Assembly: GCF_018350175.1 (NCBI RefSeq)
Contig: NC_058368.1
Coordinates: 61,382,001 to 61,446,000 of the forward strand
Direction of reading: 5' to 3'
Source: Felis catus
Taxonomy: Eukaryota
Length of the DNA stretch: 64,000 nt
This document shows positions 13,665 to 26,393 of the stretch, in pieces. Below the pieces are notes generated by a model, which was not told where the DNA came from, ran no database searches, and saw only the letters and a program-made list of their open reading frames with translations. The first letter of the stretch is position 1, and each line of letters opens with the position of its first letter. The position numbers and the translations under genes are program-made.

Positions 13665-14940
13665 TTTTTTTTGGTAACAGCTTTACTGAAATGTAATTCA
13701 CATGTAGGTACAATTCACCCATTTAAAGTTTATAATACAACCTTTTAATATTTTTTAAAGGTTTGTGAAACCATCAATATAATTGATTTAAGATGTTTTC
13801 ATCATCTCAAAAAGAAAGCCTGGACTCTAGTTATCACCCCCCTAACTACATTCCTCACCCCAGTCCTAAGCAATTACAAGTGTATTTTTTGGTCTCTGTA
13901 GTTTGGACTGTTCTGTACATTTCACATAAATGGGATTATAATATTTCTGGGGGTTTTTGTGTGTATGTTTTCTTTCTGTTAGCATAATGTTGTCAACGTT
14001 CACCATGTCTTAGCATGTATCAGTACCTTTGCTTTTATGGATGAATAGTATACTATCGTATAGATAAAGTACACTTTGTTGATCCACTCATCAATTGATG
14101 GGCATTTAGATTGTTTTCAACTTCTGGCCATCACGAATTATGCAGCTATGATCATTTGTATACAGGTTTTTGTATGGAAATAAATTCTTATTTCTTTTGA
14201 GTATATTCCTAGGAGTGGATTTGCTGGGTCAAAAGGTAATTTTATGTTTCACATTTTGAGGAACTGCCAGACTGTGTCCCAAAGTTGCTGTTCCATTTTA
14301 GATTCCCACCGTGTGTGTGAAGGTTCTGATTTCTCCACATCCTCACCATCATGGTCTTTTTTATGATGGCCATGCCAGGGGGTGTGAAGTGGTACCTCAC
14401 TGTGGTTTTGAATTGTGTTACCCTGATGACTAATAATGTAGATTACCTTTTCATGACCATTATTTAAATTTTTTTTCATTGTTTATTTTTGAGAGACAGA
14501 GACAGAGCACAAGTGGGGGAGGGGCAGGGTGGGAGAGAGACACACACAGAATCTGAAGCAGGCTCCAGGCTATGAGCTGTCAACACAGAGCCCCACATGG
14601 GGCTCAAACCCACGAACTGTGAGATGATCACATGAGCCGAAGTCGGACGCTTAACTGACTGCGACATCCAGGCTCCCCTCTTTACATGATCTTATTGTTC
14701 ATTTGTATATCTTCTTTGGAGAAACGTCTATTCACACATTTGCTGTTTTTAGTTGGGTTATTTATCTTTTTATGATCAGGTAGTAAGAGTTCTTTATATA
14801 TTGTAGATACAATCCCCTTGTCAGATATATGATTTGCAAATATTTTATCCCATTTTGAGGTTGTCTTTTCAGTTTCCTGATATTGCCTTTGAAGAACAAA
14901 AGTTTCGATTTTGATTAAAGTCCAATTTATCTGTCTTTTG
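13665..14940 (-). mobile_element. L1 (L1MB/L1MA-like) 3' UTR and ORF2 C-terminus
   Basis: 'aacagctttactgaaatgtaattcaca..tacaattcacccatttaaag' 3' end; ORF 14682-14945 'WDKIFANHISDKGIVSTIYKELL..RFSKEDIQM' matches the L1 ORF2p C-terminus; interrupted by a SINE. Confidence 0.92.
14465..14678 (-). mobile_element. Can-SINE inserted in L1
   Basis: Reverse SINE; degenerate TSD catga..ttatt. Confidence 0.95.
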
Positions 14941-15900
14941 ATCAATATGTAAAACTGAATATATTTCTATATACTAGGAATAAACTGTGATAGAAATTGA
15001 AAATTTTAAATACCATTTTATTTTTTAAAAATATTTTTAGATTTTTATTTATTTTTGAGAGACAGAGAGAGACAGAGAGCAAGCAGGGGAGGGGCAGAGA
15101 GAGAGGGAGACACAGAATCTGAAGCAGGCTCCAAGCTATGAGCTGTCAGCACAGAGCCTGACATGGGGCTTGAACTCATGAGCCATGAAATCATGACCTG
15201 AGCTGAAGTCAGATGCTTAACTGACTAAGCCACTCAGGAGCCCCTAAAATATGATTTTAAATAAGATCAAAATATTTAGGAATAAGTATGACAAAATATA
15301 TGTAACATCTGAATGCTAAAATCTATAAAACATTATGCCTAAAATTTTAAAGGACCAAATAAATGAAAAGCTATTTCCTCTTCATGGATTGAAAAACTCC
15401 ATGCTTTTAAAATGACAGTTCTCCCCACTATTTTTTAAAGAGTCAAAATAACTAGAAAAATTTTTATAGAATTTTTGTAGAAATTGACAAAGTGATTCTA
15501 AAATTTTTGTGACAATCCAAACAAGTGTAGCCAAAAAGCATTAAGAAACAGAACATACCTTCAAGATGTTTTATAAAGCTATGGTAATCAAGATAGTGGT
15601 AATACTGTCATACATGGTGATAAATAGAATAATGGAACAGAAGGAGCCAATAAATACATTGGCAGAAATAGAGTAAACTGATCTTCAGTGGGAGAAAGGA
15701 ATTCATGGGGAAAGATTAAACTTTTCAGTATGGTGCTGAAACTATTGAATACCCATATACAAAGAAATTAACTTTGATATATCCTATATGCTACACATAA
15801 AATTACATCAAAATAGACCATGGACATAAATATAAAACTTAAAACTTCTGCAGGAAAACATAGGATGTAATTTCATGATTTAGGATTAACAAAGTTTCTA
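14941..15900 (+). mobile_element. L1 ORF2 segment (late RT to C-terminal region), opposite orientation to the adjacent L1
   Basis: Degenerate sense-strand coding for the INxQKS-AFLYT, KYLGI, SWI, ILKF, QWNR, KW-CW and EEN-G motifs. Confidence 0.85.
15021..15244 (-). mobile_element. Can-SINE inserted in L1
   Basis: Reverse SINE; degenerate TSD aaata..atttta. Confidence 0.95.
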
Positions 15901-15964
15901 CTGCAAACATGTCAGCAGAGTGATTATGTTGTGTCATATGGTATATATGTGTGTTATATATGTT

Positions 15965-17410
15965 TATTAGAAAATTCAGAATCAGCAAATTATGGGTTTT
16001 TTTATATATCCTAAAAAACAGCTTGTCAAGGTTCACAACACATAAGAATGAAGTACTTGGGATTTTAGCTGGTGTTAATGGAATCTAAGAATGAGTTTGT
16101 AGATAATTGAAATTATTACATTATTGGTTATTCCAATCTAATAACATTGTACTCTTTCTATGTGTTTAGATATTCCTCAATGAATCTCAAAATTTACATA
16201 TAATTTGTTTCATGTGATAGAAATGTATGTGAACTCTTTCTTAAATTTATATCAATCTGTATACCTGCCATTAGGTGTGAATACCAAGTAACATAAATTT
16301 GTGATAAAATAGGGATTTTATTTTTCTCACTACATTAAAAATATATCATATTAATTACATTCGATATGTACCTGTGCTACTTATTTGAAGTTACTTTAAA
16401 AATTGTTTCACCCTTACTGATGCTATTTTCTTTTTCATTTTGTTCTTTAATTTTTAAAATTTGGTTTTTACATTTATTTATTTTTGAGAGATAGAGACAG
16501 AGCACAGGTGGGAGGGTGGAGGGGTGCAGAGAGAGAAGGAGACACAGAATCTGAAGCAGGCTCCAGGCCCTGAGCTGTCCGCACAGCGTCCTACACGGGG
16601 CTCAAACTCACGGACCATGAGATCATGACCTGAGCCAAAGTTGGATGCCTAACCGACTGAGCCACCCAGGAGCCCCTGTTCTTTAATTTTTAAATATGTT
16701 TACATGTGGCTTTTCAACTTTAAGTTTCCCTTTCCCACTATAATTAGTACATTTTTATAAGCTATTTTTCATAACATTTCCCTTTCTCCTGTCTTCTCCA
16801 TCTGGAACACCAATTAGAAGTGAATTAAACTTTCTCTTCCCCTTTATTTTAATATCTCATTCATATTTTCTGAAAATGTAGGTCTCTAGTTCTAGTTAAG
16901 TTTTGAACTATTTATGGTAACTTAATCCTATCTTCAGCAATAATTAATATGTTCTATAGTCACTCAATTACTTTTTAATTCATAGCAAATTAAATGTTAT
17001 CTTTTTTCAATTAAGTTTTCTTTTTTACCATATCAACTGATCATGTTTCATTTTTCTTGCTCTTAAAGAATTTAAGCTTGACTTTTCATTCCTTTGTTCC
17101 TTTCTGGTATTTTCTGTATTTATAGATCTGCAGATCTTTCATCTCCCCATATCCTTTCTGTTGGTTCTACTCCAAAAGAAATAGTTACTTGGCGTCCCAT
17201 GTGTTTGATTACTATTTACTGTTTCTTTGTAAAAGGCTTGGAGAAATACATGAGCCCAAGGAGGAAGGTATGTTCCTTCAGAGAGGATTTGCATTTGCTT
17301 CTAACAGACACTGAGGCACCGCCAATCCAAGAAAATTTTAAACTAGAATTACATGAGTGTTTTCAATACGTGATTTGAGAAATCTATACTATGTTTGCTT
17401 CATGGTTACA
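15965..17410 (-). mobile_element. Very old L1M fragments
   Basis: 'cagcttgtcaag..tgggattttagctggtgttaatggaatcta' (antisense ORF2) and 'tcttctccatctggaacaccaatta' (ORF1-like). Confidence 0.5.
16459..16676 (-). mobile_element. Can-SINE
   Basis: 18-bp TSD tgttctttaatttttaaa at 16441 and 16677. Confidence 0.96.
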
Positions 17411-17415
17411 CCTTT

Positions 17416-17579
17416 ATTTTTTTAAGTTTATTTATTTATTTTAGAGAAGGAGGGAGGGAGGGAGGAGGAGAGAAAGAGAGAGAGAGAGAGAGTGCAGAAT
17501 CCCACGCAGGGGCTGGAACTCACAAACCATGAGATCATGATCAATCAGTGCTTAACTGATTGAGCAGTCCAGGCACCCC
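17416..17579 (-). mobile_element. Can-SINE with internal deletions
   Basis: TSD catggtta(c/t)accttt; shortened body. Confidence 0.9.
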
Positions 17580-20500
17580 CATGGTTATACCTTTCAAGGC
17601 TCTTTTCCCTCACTTGCCTTCCCTGCTCAATGTCAAGCAGGAATGTTGTTGCTTTGATATGAGGTCATAGGACCCAGGTGTATCCCTCGTTCCCATTTCC
17701 ATATCCCCAGAATTGTCAGACACCTTCGTAAGTGAATGGTTAGCTAATCTTTCCATCTGTCATATGCCAGGAGGCCATGTAAGGACAGCATGATCAAAGT
17801 AACCAAACGTTCTCAAGCAAAAACAACTTTATCACTCAGTTTATCAATGTGTGCTTGCATCTTCAGTTAGAATATGTTCATAAATTTTGGGGGACTTTTA
17901 GAAATATGTTTTGTCATATTTCCCAGAATTTGTATTTGCTCTCCTGACAGATACCTAACACGTCATATTGCAAGAAATGGAGAACACAGCTATATTTTAT
18001 CATGTCTAGTTTTTCGCTAATTCACTTTGGCATATATTTTATGAATATATGTAACTTTTAATCTTATTTTACATGGTTATGTTACTTTGGTTTGTCCAAC
18101 TTTTTCAAATATATATGCCAAGCTTGTATTGTACTGATTGCTTGAATATTGAAGCATACCCCAATTTCTTTTAAGACAGAAATTCTGATTTATCCATTCC
18201 AAAGCAGTGACGGTATTCAATTTCCAAGAAGAAATACATTATTTCACACTAAATTATTTTAACCTATGACCTACCTGTCTAGTTTTCAATTTCTTCTTTG
18301 CATTTTTTTGTGTTTATTCATTGTTTGTTTATAAATGCAGTCCTGAGTTTGCAGAATTCTAAATTAAAAAAAAATACTTCCCACTCACCCCCCAAAAAAA
18401 TCAATTTGGAAGTTTTATGATAGGCAGGCAAGATTTTGGAAGACCCATAAGAAAACCACAAAGCTTTGAAAACTTATTGGCAGGGGCTGGAAGCAAATAT
18501 AAGTTGACAAGTGATTTGTGTGAAAACAATGATGGCATTGTAAAAAGAATAATTTACAAGTCATGGGGATTTTCTGCCTACAACCTGAGGCAAACTTAAA
18601 TCAAAGTGTAACATGTTAAAAATAGTTCACCAAATAGTAAACATTGTGAAAAAAATTAACTTTATGTGAATTGATATGTAAGTTTTTCATCTTAGAGCAG
18701 GTCATTTGAAAACATGAATATTTTATGAATTATGTATTATGCATTCACCAGCAGTGAATATGTGTAAACCTTAAATCAGAAAAAACAAAGGAAAATTATT
18801 ACAATCTGAATGGTACTGTATTTACTAGAAAGTTAATCCCACTTTTTTTTTCTTTTATTCTTGTGAGCAAGGATATTTTTTTATACTAGTTATCCTATAA
18901 AATAAGAAAGCTAAACTCAAAGTAAAAATAGTTGAAAGACTATATGAAGCATTAACATCTTCTTTCACATTTCAACCAGGGCAGATCGAAATGATATAGG
19001 TTCATTTATGGCAAAGAGAGAGCAGCTGCCATAACTTAATTAGCTTGCTCTTCCCACCAGCAGCCTTAATTAGGACACCACTAATTACTGTAGTATTCTT
19101 CCAGAGGGCTAAATAGAATTAATTTCCTTGAATTTGACCTGAAAGGATATGCCATGAACTCTACAATTTTGTGAACTTAAGAGGCTCAGATTTTAAGATT
19201 CAACATCTTTTTTAAGCATTCTGAAAAAAAAAAAAAGCAAATTTCCCAGTTTACAGAATACAGGGCATTTCCTTCATAACTCAACCGTCTTTCTCTTTAA
19301 TTAATAAAACATATTCTCATTAACTATAATCTTTTAGTATTTGCATAATTTAGTGTACATAATATATTGAAATATGCTTATATAGACTATAGCATGTGTT
19401 TGCATCAAATTATATAAATCTGCTAAATAAATTCCAGTACATCAAATTAAATCTCACTAAAAATCCTAAAGTTATATTTTAAGTATGATTTCTTAGATAG
19501 AAAACTCATTTCTATAGATTGTAATTAAACATCCAATCATAAAACAATTTAAAATCTATATAATTAGATATGCATTAGAGTTCACAATGCCTGAAATCCC
19601 ATTCTCTTTCATATGATGTGCTCATTGTAGTTAGTGGAAGATAAACTTTACATGTTCGTAAGTGCTACTTAGTCTTATTCAGCTATCTACTTTTGAAAAA
19701 ATTATTTGAGACTATAAAGAAATACCTGGCACAAAGAACCAGTTTCATTAATGTATTTTTAAATTAATAAATAAATATCATAAATGTCTTTTATGGCAGC
19801 CTCACCAGGAATACATTCATGTATATATAATGGCTGTATTCCTAAGCATTCCTGATGAAGGCTGTATTGCCTCACTATCATATTCTCTTGTATTTCTTTA
19901 TGTGAACCCGGTTGAAAGTAGAGAGCAAGGGAGGCATTTTATGTAATCCATAAAGGTCTTAGAGCCTAGTGAACAGTGGAGAAGGATAGGATAGGAGAGA
20001 ATTTAGGGCAATGGAGAATATTTCAACATAATCGGCAACAGTTGATTACTTTCAAAACGTTTACATTCGTTTTCATCTTTCGAATCTCAGCCTCTAACAT
20101 AGGTAGATATTAGGTACTATGCTATGGGCCTTACTGCTTTACGCAGGATGGAGATCCACTCTTGCACATATCTATTTTGTCTTTAGCACAACTAGACTTC
20201 GGCTATCTATTCTGATTCCCAATATTCAAGAAATTCAATTGTCAAGTCTCCTTGAAAAAGAAAGTTGGGCTTTCTGGTTCTATCTCTCTGATTGCTTAGG
20301 ACAAATTATTCAGTAGAGTAAATTCCACATTTAAAAACAAAAAACAAAACAAAAAATAAAAATCAAATAATTTTACATATTTGCTAGGTATGAGAATACA
20401 ATATGATAATATATTACAAGTTTGAAAGATATTTCCCACTATTGACTGAAAAGTTGTAATTAAGAGGAATCCTGATTGAATTTGGCAAAATGATTTCTAT

Positions 20501-21182
20501 GGCTTTTATCTATCTTCTATCTTTAGCTAAGAATAATAAATAACAATAAAAGAATCACTACGTCACATCAGAGGCATCTCACATGCAAAGCAAGTAATTC
20601 AAATAGCTGCCAATATAATGAAATCTGTAATACCAAAGTTACAGTAACTTATTTAAAAAAAAAAAAAAAAGCCAAATCAATGACATTGTTCTAATAGTCC
20701 TAACAGAGAAGGCTGAAATCATTAAGTACTTTACAGGCACATTCCTGAATCCAAGGTGTTAATGAGTGGCAACAGGGCAATGGGGTAAATAGAAAAATTG
20801 TAGTTATATCCTTTTGCAATAAAATGTTTGCTTGTATATTTTGGGCAACCATCTTATCAGTAACTGATCCAGTAGTGCCTATGTTTTCTGATTATACTAC
20901 TACTACCTGATATAGTTGTTGTGAAAATTAAATGAATATATTTCAGTGGTCCAAATATTATCCTACACATGGTAAAATTATATATGATACTTACACACTG
21001 TTATAAATATCATGGCCAAATGGACGCCACCAAATATGCGATTGAAGAAACTAGAAAAAAAGAAGAGTTTAAGAAATACAGAATTTATGAGCTATTCTTT
21101 AAAAAAATGTAAATTTTATGGGCATAATATAGAGCCTTCCAAAATGAACCAAAATGGTATTTATTATTTAAATAGTATTCAT

Positions 21183-21410
21183 GGGGGGTGCCTGGGTGTC
21201 TCAGTCTGTTAAGCATCTGGCTCTTGGTTTCATCTCAGGTCATAATCTCATGGTTTGTGAATTTGAGCCCTGCATTGGGCTCTGTGCTGACAGTGTGGAG
21301 CCTGTTTGGGATTCTCTCTCTTTCTCTCTCCCTACCCCTCCTTTCTCTCTTTCTCTCTTTCTCTCTTTCTCTCTGTCAAAATAAATAAAACGTTAAAAAA
21401 TAAAGTGAAA
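21183..21410 (+). mobile_element. Can-SINE
   Basis: 'ggggggtgcctgggtgtctcagtctgttaagc' head, CT tract and A tail. Confidence 0.95.
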
Positions 21411-21427
21411 TAAACTATCTCTTTAAA

Positions 21428-21436
21428 TAGATAGAT

Positions 21437-21474
<38 letters not shown>

Positions 21475-21527
21475 CACATCATACATACATACATACATAC
21501 ATACATACATACATAGATGATAGATAG
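21428..21527. repeat. Compound tetranucleotide STR (GATA)~9 / (CATA)~9
   Basis: Read directly from the sequence. Confidence 0.97.
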
Positions 21528-21759
21528 TTCCTCGAATGAAAAAGCCATAGTAGCAAAGGACTATGGGATGTACATCAGTTAATTGAGCACTGAACTAAAT
21601 GAAAACAATTGTAGATATGTCATAGAAGAAAATGTTAACATGATTGAATCTTTAAAAGCAGAAATTGTTAAAAACAAACTAAGAAAGTAGAAAGTAAAAG
21701 ATGAGAGGAAGTCTAAATATCTGTTTCACCATCTTTCATATTTGGAACTCAGCAGTTAT

Positions 21760-21910
21760 TTCATAGTTGTTCGTTTGATAAATATTTGTATATCGATGTG
21801 ACAAAGCACTTTAAGTATTTGAAATGTAGTATTGAACACAGTAGACAAAATCCACAATTTCATGATACTTGGCTTGCATTGTAGAGAAACAGAAAATAAA
21901 TACATAAGGA
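21760..21910 (-). mobile_element. L2 3' end
   Basis: 'ttcgtttgataaatatttg..tgtgacaaagcact..gtagacaaaatcc'. Confidence 0.55.
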
Positions 21911-22050
21911 AAAAAATACAGTTTTATGTTAAAACTTCAATTAATTCCATTTTTAAATAAAACTTCAATTTTTGTGTCAAACTTCAATTTTTGACAAAAT
22001 AATGTCTGAAATATACATCATGGGTCTTGATTAAGATTTCCCAGTATAGT

Positions 22051-22209
22051 GGTGTGCCTGGGTGCCTCAGTCGTTTAAGCGTCCGACTTTGGCTCAGATC
22101 ATGATCTCACCATCTGAGTTAGAGCCCCACTTCAGGCTCTGTGATGACAGCTCAGAGCCTGGAGTCTGCTTCAAATTCTATGTCTCCCTCTCTCTCTGCC
22201 CTTCCCTCG

Positions 22210-22257
<48 letters not shown>

Positions 22258-22283
22258 AATAAACATTAAAAATAAAAAAAAAA
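22051..22283 (+). mobile_element. Can-SINE with long (CT)n
   Basis: TSD tcccagt(a/t)tagt. Confidence 0.96.
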
Positions 22284-23337
22284 ATCCCAGTTTAGTGATC
22301 AACTTAAGTATCTTTTCATAAAATTCTTCACTAAAAGTTTGTTGTTTTTTTTTTTTTTAAATCATGGGCATGTCCTTACCTGTTTTTATATTGGGTTGAT
22401 TATGACTTTTGTATTTGTTTGTAGATGCTAATCATATATTACTAATACAAGACAATACCCCAAATTTAGGTCTGAATTTTTGTCAAAAGTTGCCATTTTT
22501 AAAAATTAGCTTTAAAAAAATAATAATACGTTATTACCCCAAGATCAAAATATTTCTTAAAATATTTTTAAATATTTTGTTTCATATTAAAGATGAAAAG
22601 ACATGTGTAAAGTATATTTTGCATTTATTTTTGATTTATGAATTTAATTATATTTTTCTTATACAGCTCATTTAATGCGGATTACCTTCTTCTCAGTTGA
22701 TCTGTGAATTTACCTCTGCAACTTCCAATATTCCATACATGTCTAGGTTTTCTCAGAGCTCTCTTTGCATTCATTGGTCAATATGTTAATTGCTGTTCAA
22801 GTACCATACTGTTTTAATTACTATAGCTTTTTGATAAAACCTTATATCTGATATGATAATCTCCCCTCTCTCTGCTCTTCCTTTCCAGAAAGATCCTCAA
22901 TATTTTCTTCCCCTTTATTTACACTTTTGGGGTGATGTATATTGTAAGGTTTCAATGAATGTTTTTTATGAGGTGAAGAATTTCCTATCACCAAGTTACT
23001 AACATAATCCCTAAAGATTTCTGATACCAAGTCAGATGGAGAAGTTTATGGCAGAGCAGTACTCTCTGTAAGAAATAGAAAAGTGAGATAAAAAACATCA
23101 ATGTATTGTGTTTAAAGACATCAAATAGGTATGGAAGCATTAAGGATTGGAGTGACCACGTTTCTATAGAGAAGAACTCTAGAGGTAACCTGCAATCTGT
23201 TGGGATATCTTTAGTTTCTTGCCTTTCATTGTTTCTTACTTGCCTTTTCCCCACCCCCACCCACCTTTCATACTTGTTCTGTGCCTAAGGTTAAATTGTG
23301 TCATGTTTTTTCATTTCTCCTCAAAGGAATTTGTCAC

Positions 23338-23805
23338 TGTCAAGAACTTAGAGTGGTCTGAGGTTGCATCCCACTTGAAAGCTATCTAGTTAGCCTGTCT
23401 TGTTCTCACAGATGCTTGTAGAAGACATAGATACAAAGGACTTTATTACTCATGAGGGAGCAAGCAGAAAAGAGCTTCGTGCTTGTATTGGTTCCCCTTG
23501 CTCTCCTCCCCTCAATCAGAGGGAGTGATCCAGAACTAGACTGTGTGGATGCTGTACACACAGTGGGTTTGTGTGGCAGCTGTGGAACATGAGCTTAAGA
23601 AATCTCCAAACATGTAAGTGACCTACTGGCAAGTCTTCCCATTGTTCCCTCCTGGAGACAGACATTCTTTTTATTGCTCTGGAAAGTGAGCAAAGGTCTC
23701 TGGTGAAAGAACAGAGAGGTCATTGTCTTTACTATCTGAGCAGATTAGTGTGAATGCCTAAAAATAAAGGAATGTGAGAGATACATGGAGAATTGTGTCC
23801 TAATA
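23338..23805 (-). mobile_element. ERVL-class solo LTR (MER54/MER73-like)
   Basis: Starts 'tgtcaagaact..ggtctgagg..cccacttgaaagcta..agttagcctg', contains 'aaaggactttattactca', ends 'catggagaattgtgtcctaata', matching my recall of this family's termini. Confidence 0.75.
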
Positions 23806-23809
23806 GTCA

Positions 23810-24345
23810 TGTAATTTGCATCTTTCATTTTGTTAATGTGGTATATCACATTCATTGATTTGCAGATGTTGAACCAGGGTTGCCTCCTTGGAATTAATCC
23901 CACTTAATCAAGGTGTATGATCCTTTTTATGTATTGTTAAATTCAGTTTGCTAATATTTTGTTGAGGATTTTTTCATCTGTGTTCACCAGGTATATTGCC
24001 TATAATTTTCCTACCTTGTTGTGTCCTTGACTAGTTTTGGTATTGGGGTAATTCTGGCCTCATAAAAATAAGTTTGGAAGGGTTTCCTCTTCTTCTATAT
24101 TTTGGAAAAGTTTAAGATGGACTGGTATTAATTCTTTTTTGAATGTTGGGTATAATTCATCAGTGAAGCTATCTGTTCCTGAACTTTTGTTTGTTGAGAA
24201 GTTTTTGATTACTGACGCAATCTCCTTACTAGTAATCAGTTTGTTCAGATCTTCTTTCTTTATGGTTCAGTCATGGTAGGTTGTATATTTCTAGGATTGT
24301 CCAGTTTGTTGTTGTATAATTGGTCATAGTACCCTCTTATCGTGT
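23810..24345 (-). mobile_element. L1 ORF2 RT-domain fragment
   Basis: Antisense of the 'KILNKILAN-IQQYIKRIIH-D-VGLIP' RT motif. Confidence 0.92.
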
Positions 24346-24359
24346 TAATGCATATTACA

Positions 24360-24612
24360 TCAAGATTAAGATCTAATTTTTATCCTATCATTTTGCCAAA
24401 ATATACAGTCAATACATTTGTTATTTTAAGGCTGAGACAAATGGATACTCTCATAAACACTCTGGTTGAATGTGAATTGTCAGAGCTTTTTTGAAGAGGA
24501 TTTTCCCCAACATTTATCAAAATTTGCAGTTATTGTTAAATACTGACTGAAATTCAAGTTGAAGTCAAACTAAGTTATGATTTCATTCCCTGCAAATTTG
24601 CAGGATATATGT

Positions 24613-24661
<49 letters not shown>

Positions 24662-25019
24662 TATATATTATAAAATCTAACTTGACTTAATTATGACACA
24701 TAAACAATGCAATGGGACTGTTTACATATTGTGATGAAAGTGTAAAGGGTATAATCATTGTGGTTAATATTTGCCATTGTATAGTAAACCCTAAGCACCA
24801 GAAATTCTATTCTGTGGATTAAATTATGCAAGAAGATATATCCAAGAATGTTAAGAGCAGCATTTTTCATAGGAGACCAAATGGTAAATGCACAACTGAA
24901 TTGTGGTAGCAACAGGCAATGGATTACTATAAATGGAAATAAGTTAACTGCAACCATACATAATCAGATACCTGATTCTTAGAAATAAAATCTGAGTTAA
25001 AGATGTAAGGCACAGTATG

Positions 25020-25020
<1 letters not shown>
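24360..25020 (+). mobile_element. L1ME-like 3' region (continues at 26395-26560)
   Basis: 'gaagatatatccaagaatgttaagagcagcatttttcatag', 'cacagtatgatt'; resumes with 'caggatagtggtaaac' after the younger L1. Confidence 0.65.
24610..24662. repeat. (TG)n microsatellite
   Basis: Read directly from the sequence. Confidence 0.97.
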
Positions 25021-25021
<1 letters not shown>

Positions 25022-25083
<62 letters not shown>

Positions 25084-25092
25084 TGTGTGTGT
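25022..25092. repeat. Compound (TC)n(TG)n microsatellite
   Basis: Read directly from the sequence. Confidence 0.97.
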
Positions 25093-25139
25093 ATTCTGGT
25101 AGCTTTTTAAATTTATATATATAAATTTATATATGTATA

Positions 25140-26393
25140 TATTAATTTCTTTAAATTTAAGTTAGTTAACACATCTTGTAATATTGGTTTCAGGAGTAAG
25201 ACCCAGTGATTCATTACATACATATAACGTCCCGTGCTCATCCTGACATGTGCCCTCCTTAATGCCCATCACCCAGTTAGCCCATGCCCCATCCACCTTC
25301 CCTCTAGCAAACCTCAATTTGTTCTCCGTATTTGAGTCTCATGGTTTGCCTCCCTCTATTTTTCTCTTATTTTTCCTTCCCTTCCCCTGTGTTCATCTGT
25401 TTTGTTTCTTAAATTCCACATATGAGTGAAATCATATATTTGTCTTTCTCTGACTTTTTTTGCTTAGCAATATATACTCTACTTCATGCACATTGTTGCA
25501 AATGTCAAAATTTCATTCTTTTTGATCATTAGATAATATTCTAGTGTGTGTGTGTGTGTGTGTGCGCGCGCGCGTATGCCTCATCTTTATTGATTCATCA
25601 GTCAATGGACATTTGGGCTTTTTCCATACCTGGGTTATTGTTGATAGCACTACCTTAAACTTTGGGGTGCATGTGCCTCTCTGAATCAGCATTTTTGTAT
25701 CCTTTGGATAAACTCCTAGTAGTACAATTGCTGGGTTATAGGGTATTCCTATTTTTAATTTTTTTTAGGGGACCTCCATGCTGTTTTCTAGGGTGCACCA
25801 ATTTGCATTCCCACCAGCAGTGCAAAAGGGTTCCCCTTTGACTACATCCTCACCAACATCTGTTGTTTTCTGTGTTGTTCATTTTAGCCATTCTGACAGG
25901 TGTGAGGTGGTATCTCATTGTAGTTTTGACTTGTATGTGCCTGATGATGAGTGATGCTGAGCATTTTTTCATGTGTTTGTTAGCCATCTGGATGTCTTCT
26001 TCGAACAGTATCTGTTCATGTCTTCTGCCCATTTCTTCACTGTATTCTTTGTTTTTTGGGTGTTGAGGTTGATAAGTTCTTTATAGATTTTGGATACCAG
26101 CCAATTTCTGATATGTCATTTGTAAACATCTTCTCCCATTCCATTGATTGCCTTTGAGTTTTGTGGATTGTTTTCATCCCTGTGCAAAAGCTTTTATCTT
26201 GATGAAGTTCTAATAGTTAATTTTTGCTTTTGTTTCCCTTGCCTCTGGAGACATGTCTAGTAAGAAGTTGCTGTGATCAAGGTCAAAGAAGTTGTACCTG
26301 TCTGATTTTGATGGTTTTCTGTCTGACATTTAGGTCTTTCATCCATTTTGGATTTATTTATGTGTATGGTATAAAAAAGTAGTCCAGTTTCAT
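25140..26393 (-). mobile_element. Carnivore L1, 5'-truncated 3' end
   Basis: Carnivore-type 3' UTR 'gtgccctccttaatgcccatcaccc'; ORF 25850-26032 '[43 protein letters not shown]' is the ORF2p Cys-rich C-terminus. Confidence 0.95.

Noticed and set aside
21930..21995. Three spaced copies of aaacttcaatt, superficially array-like
   Set aside because: Only 11 bp, irregularly spaced and in a mammalian context; local slippage, not CRISPR.
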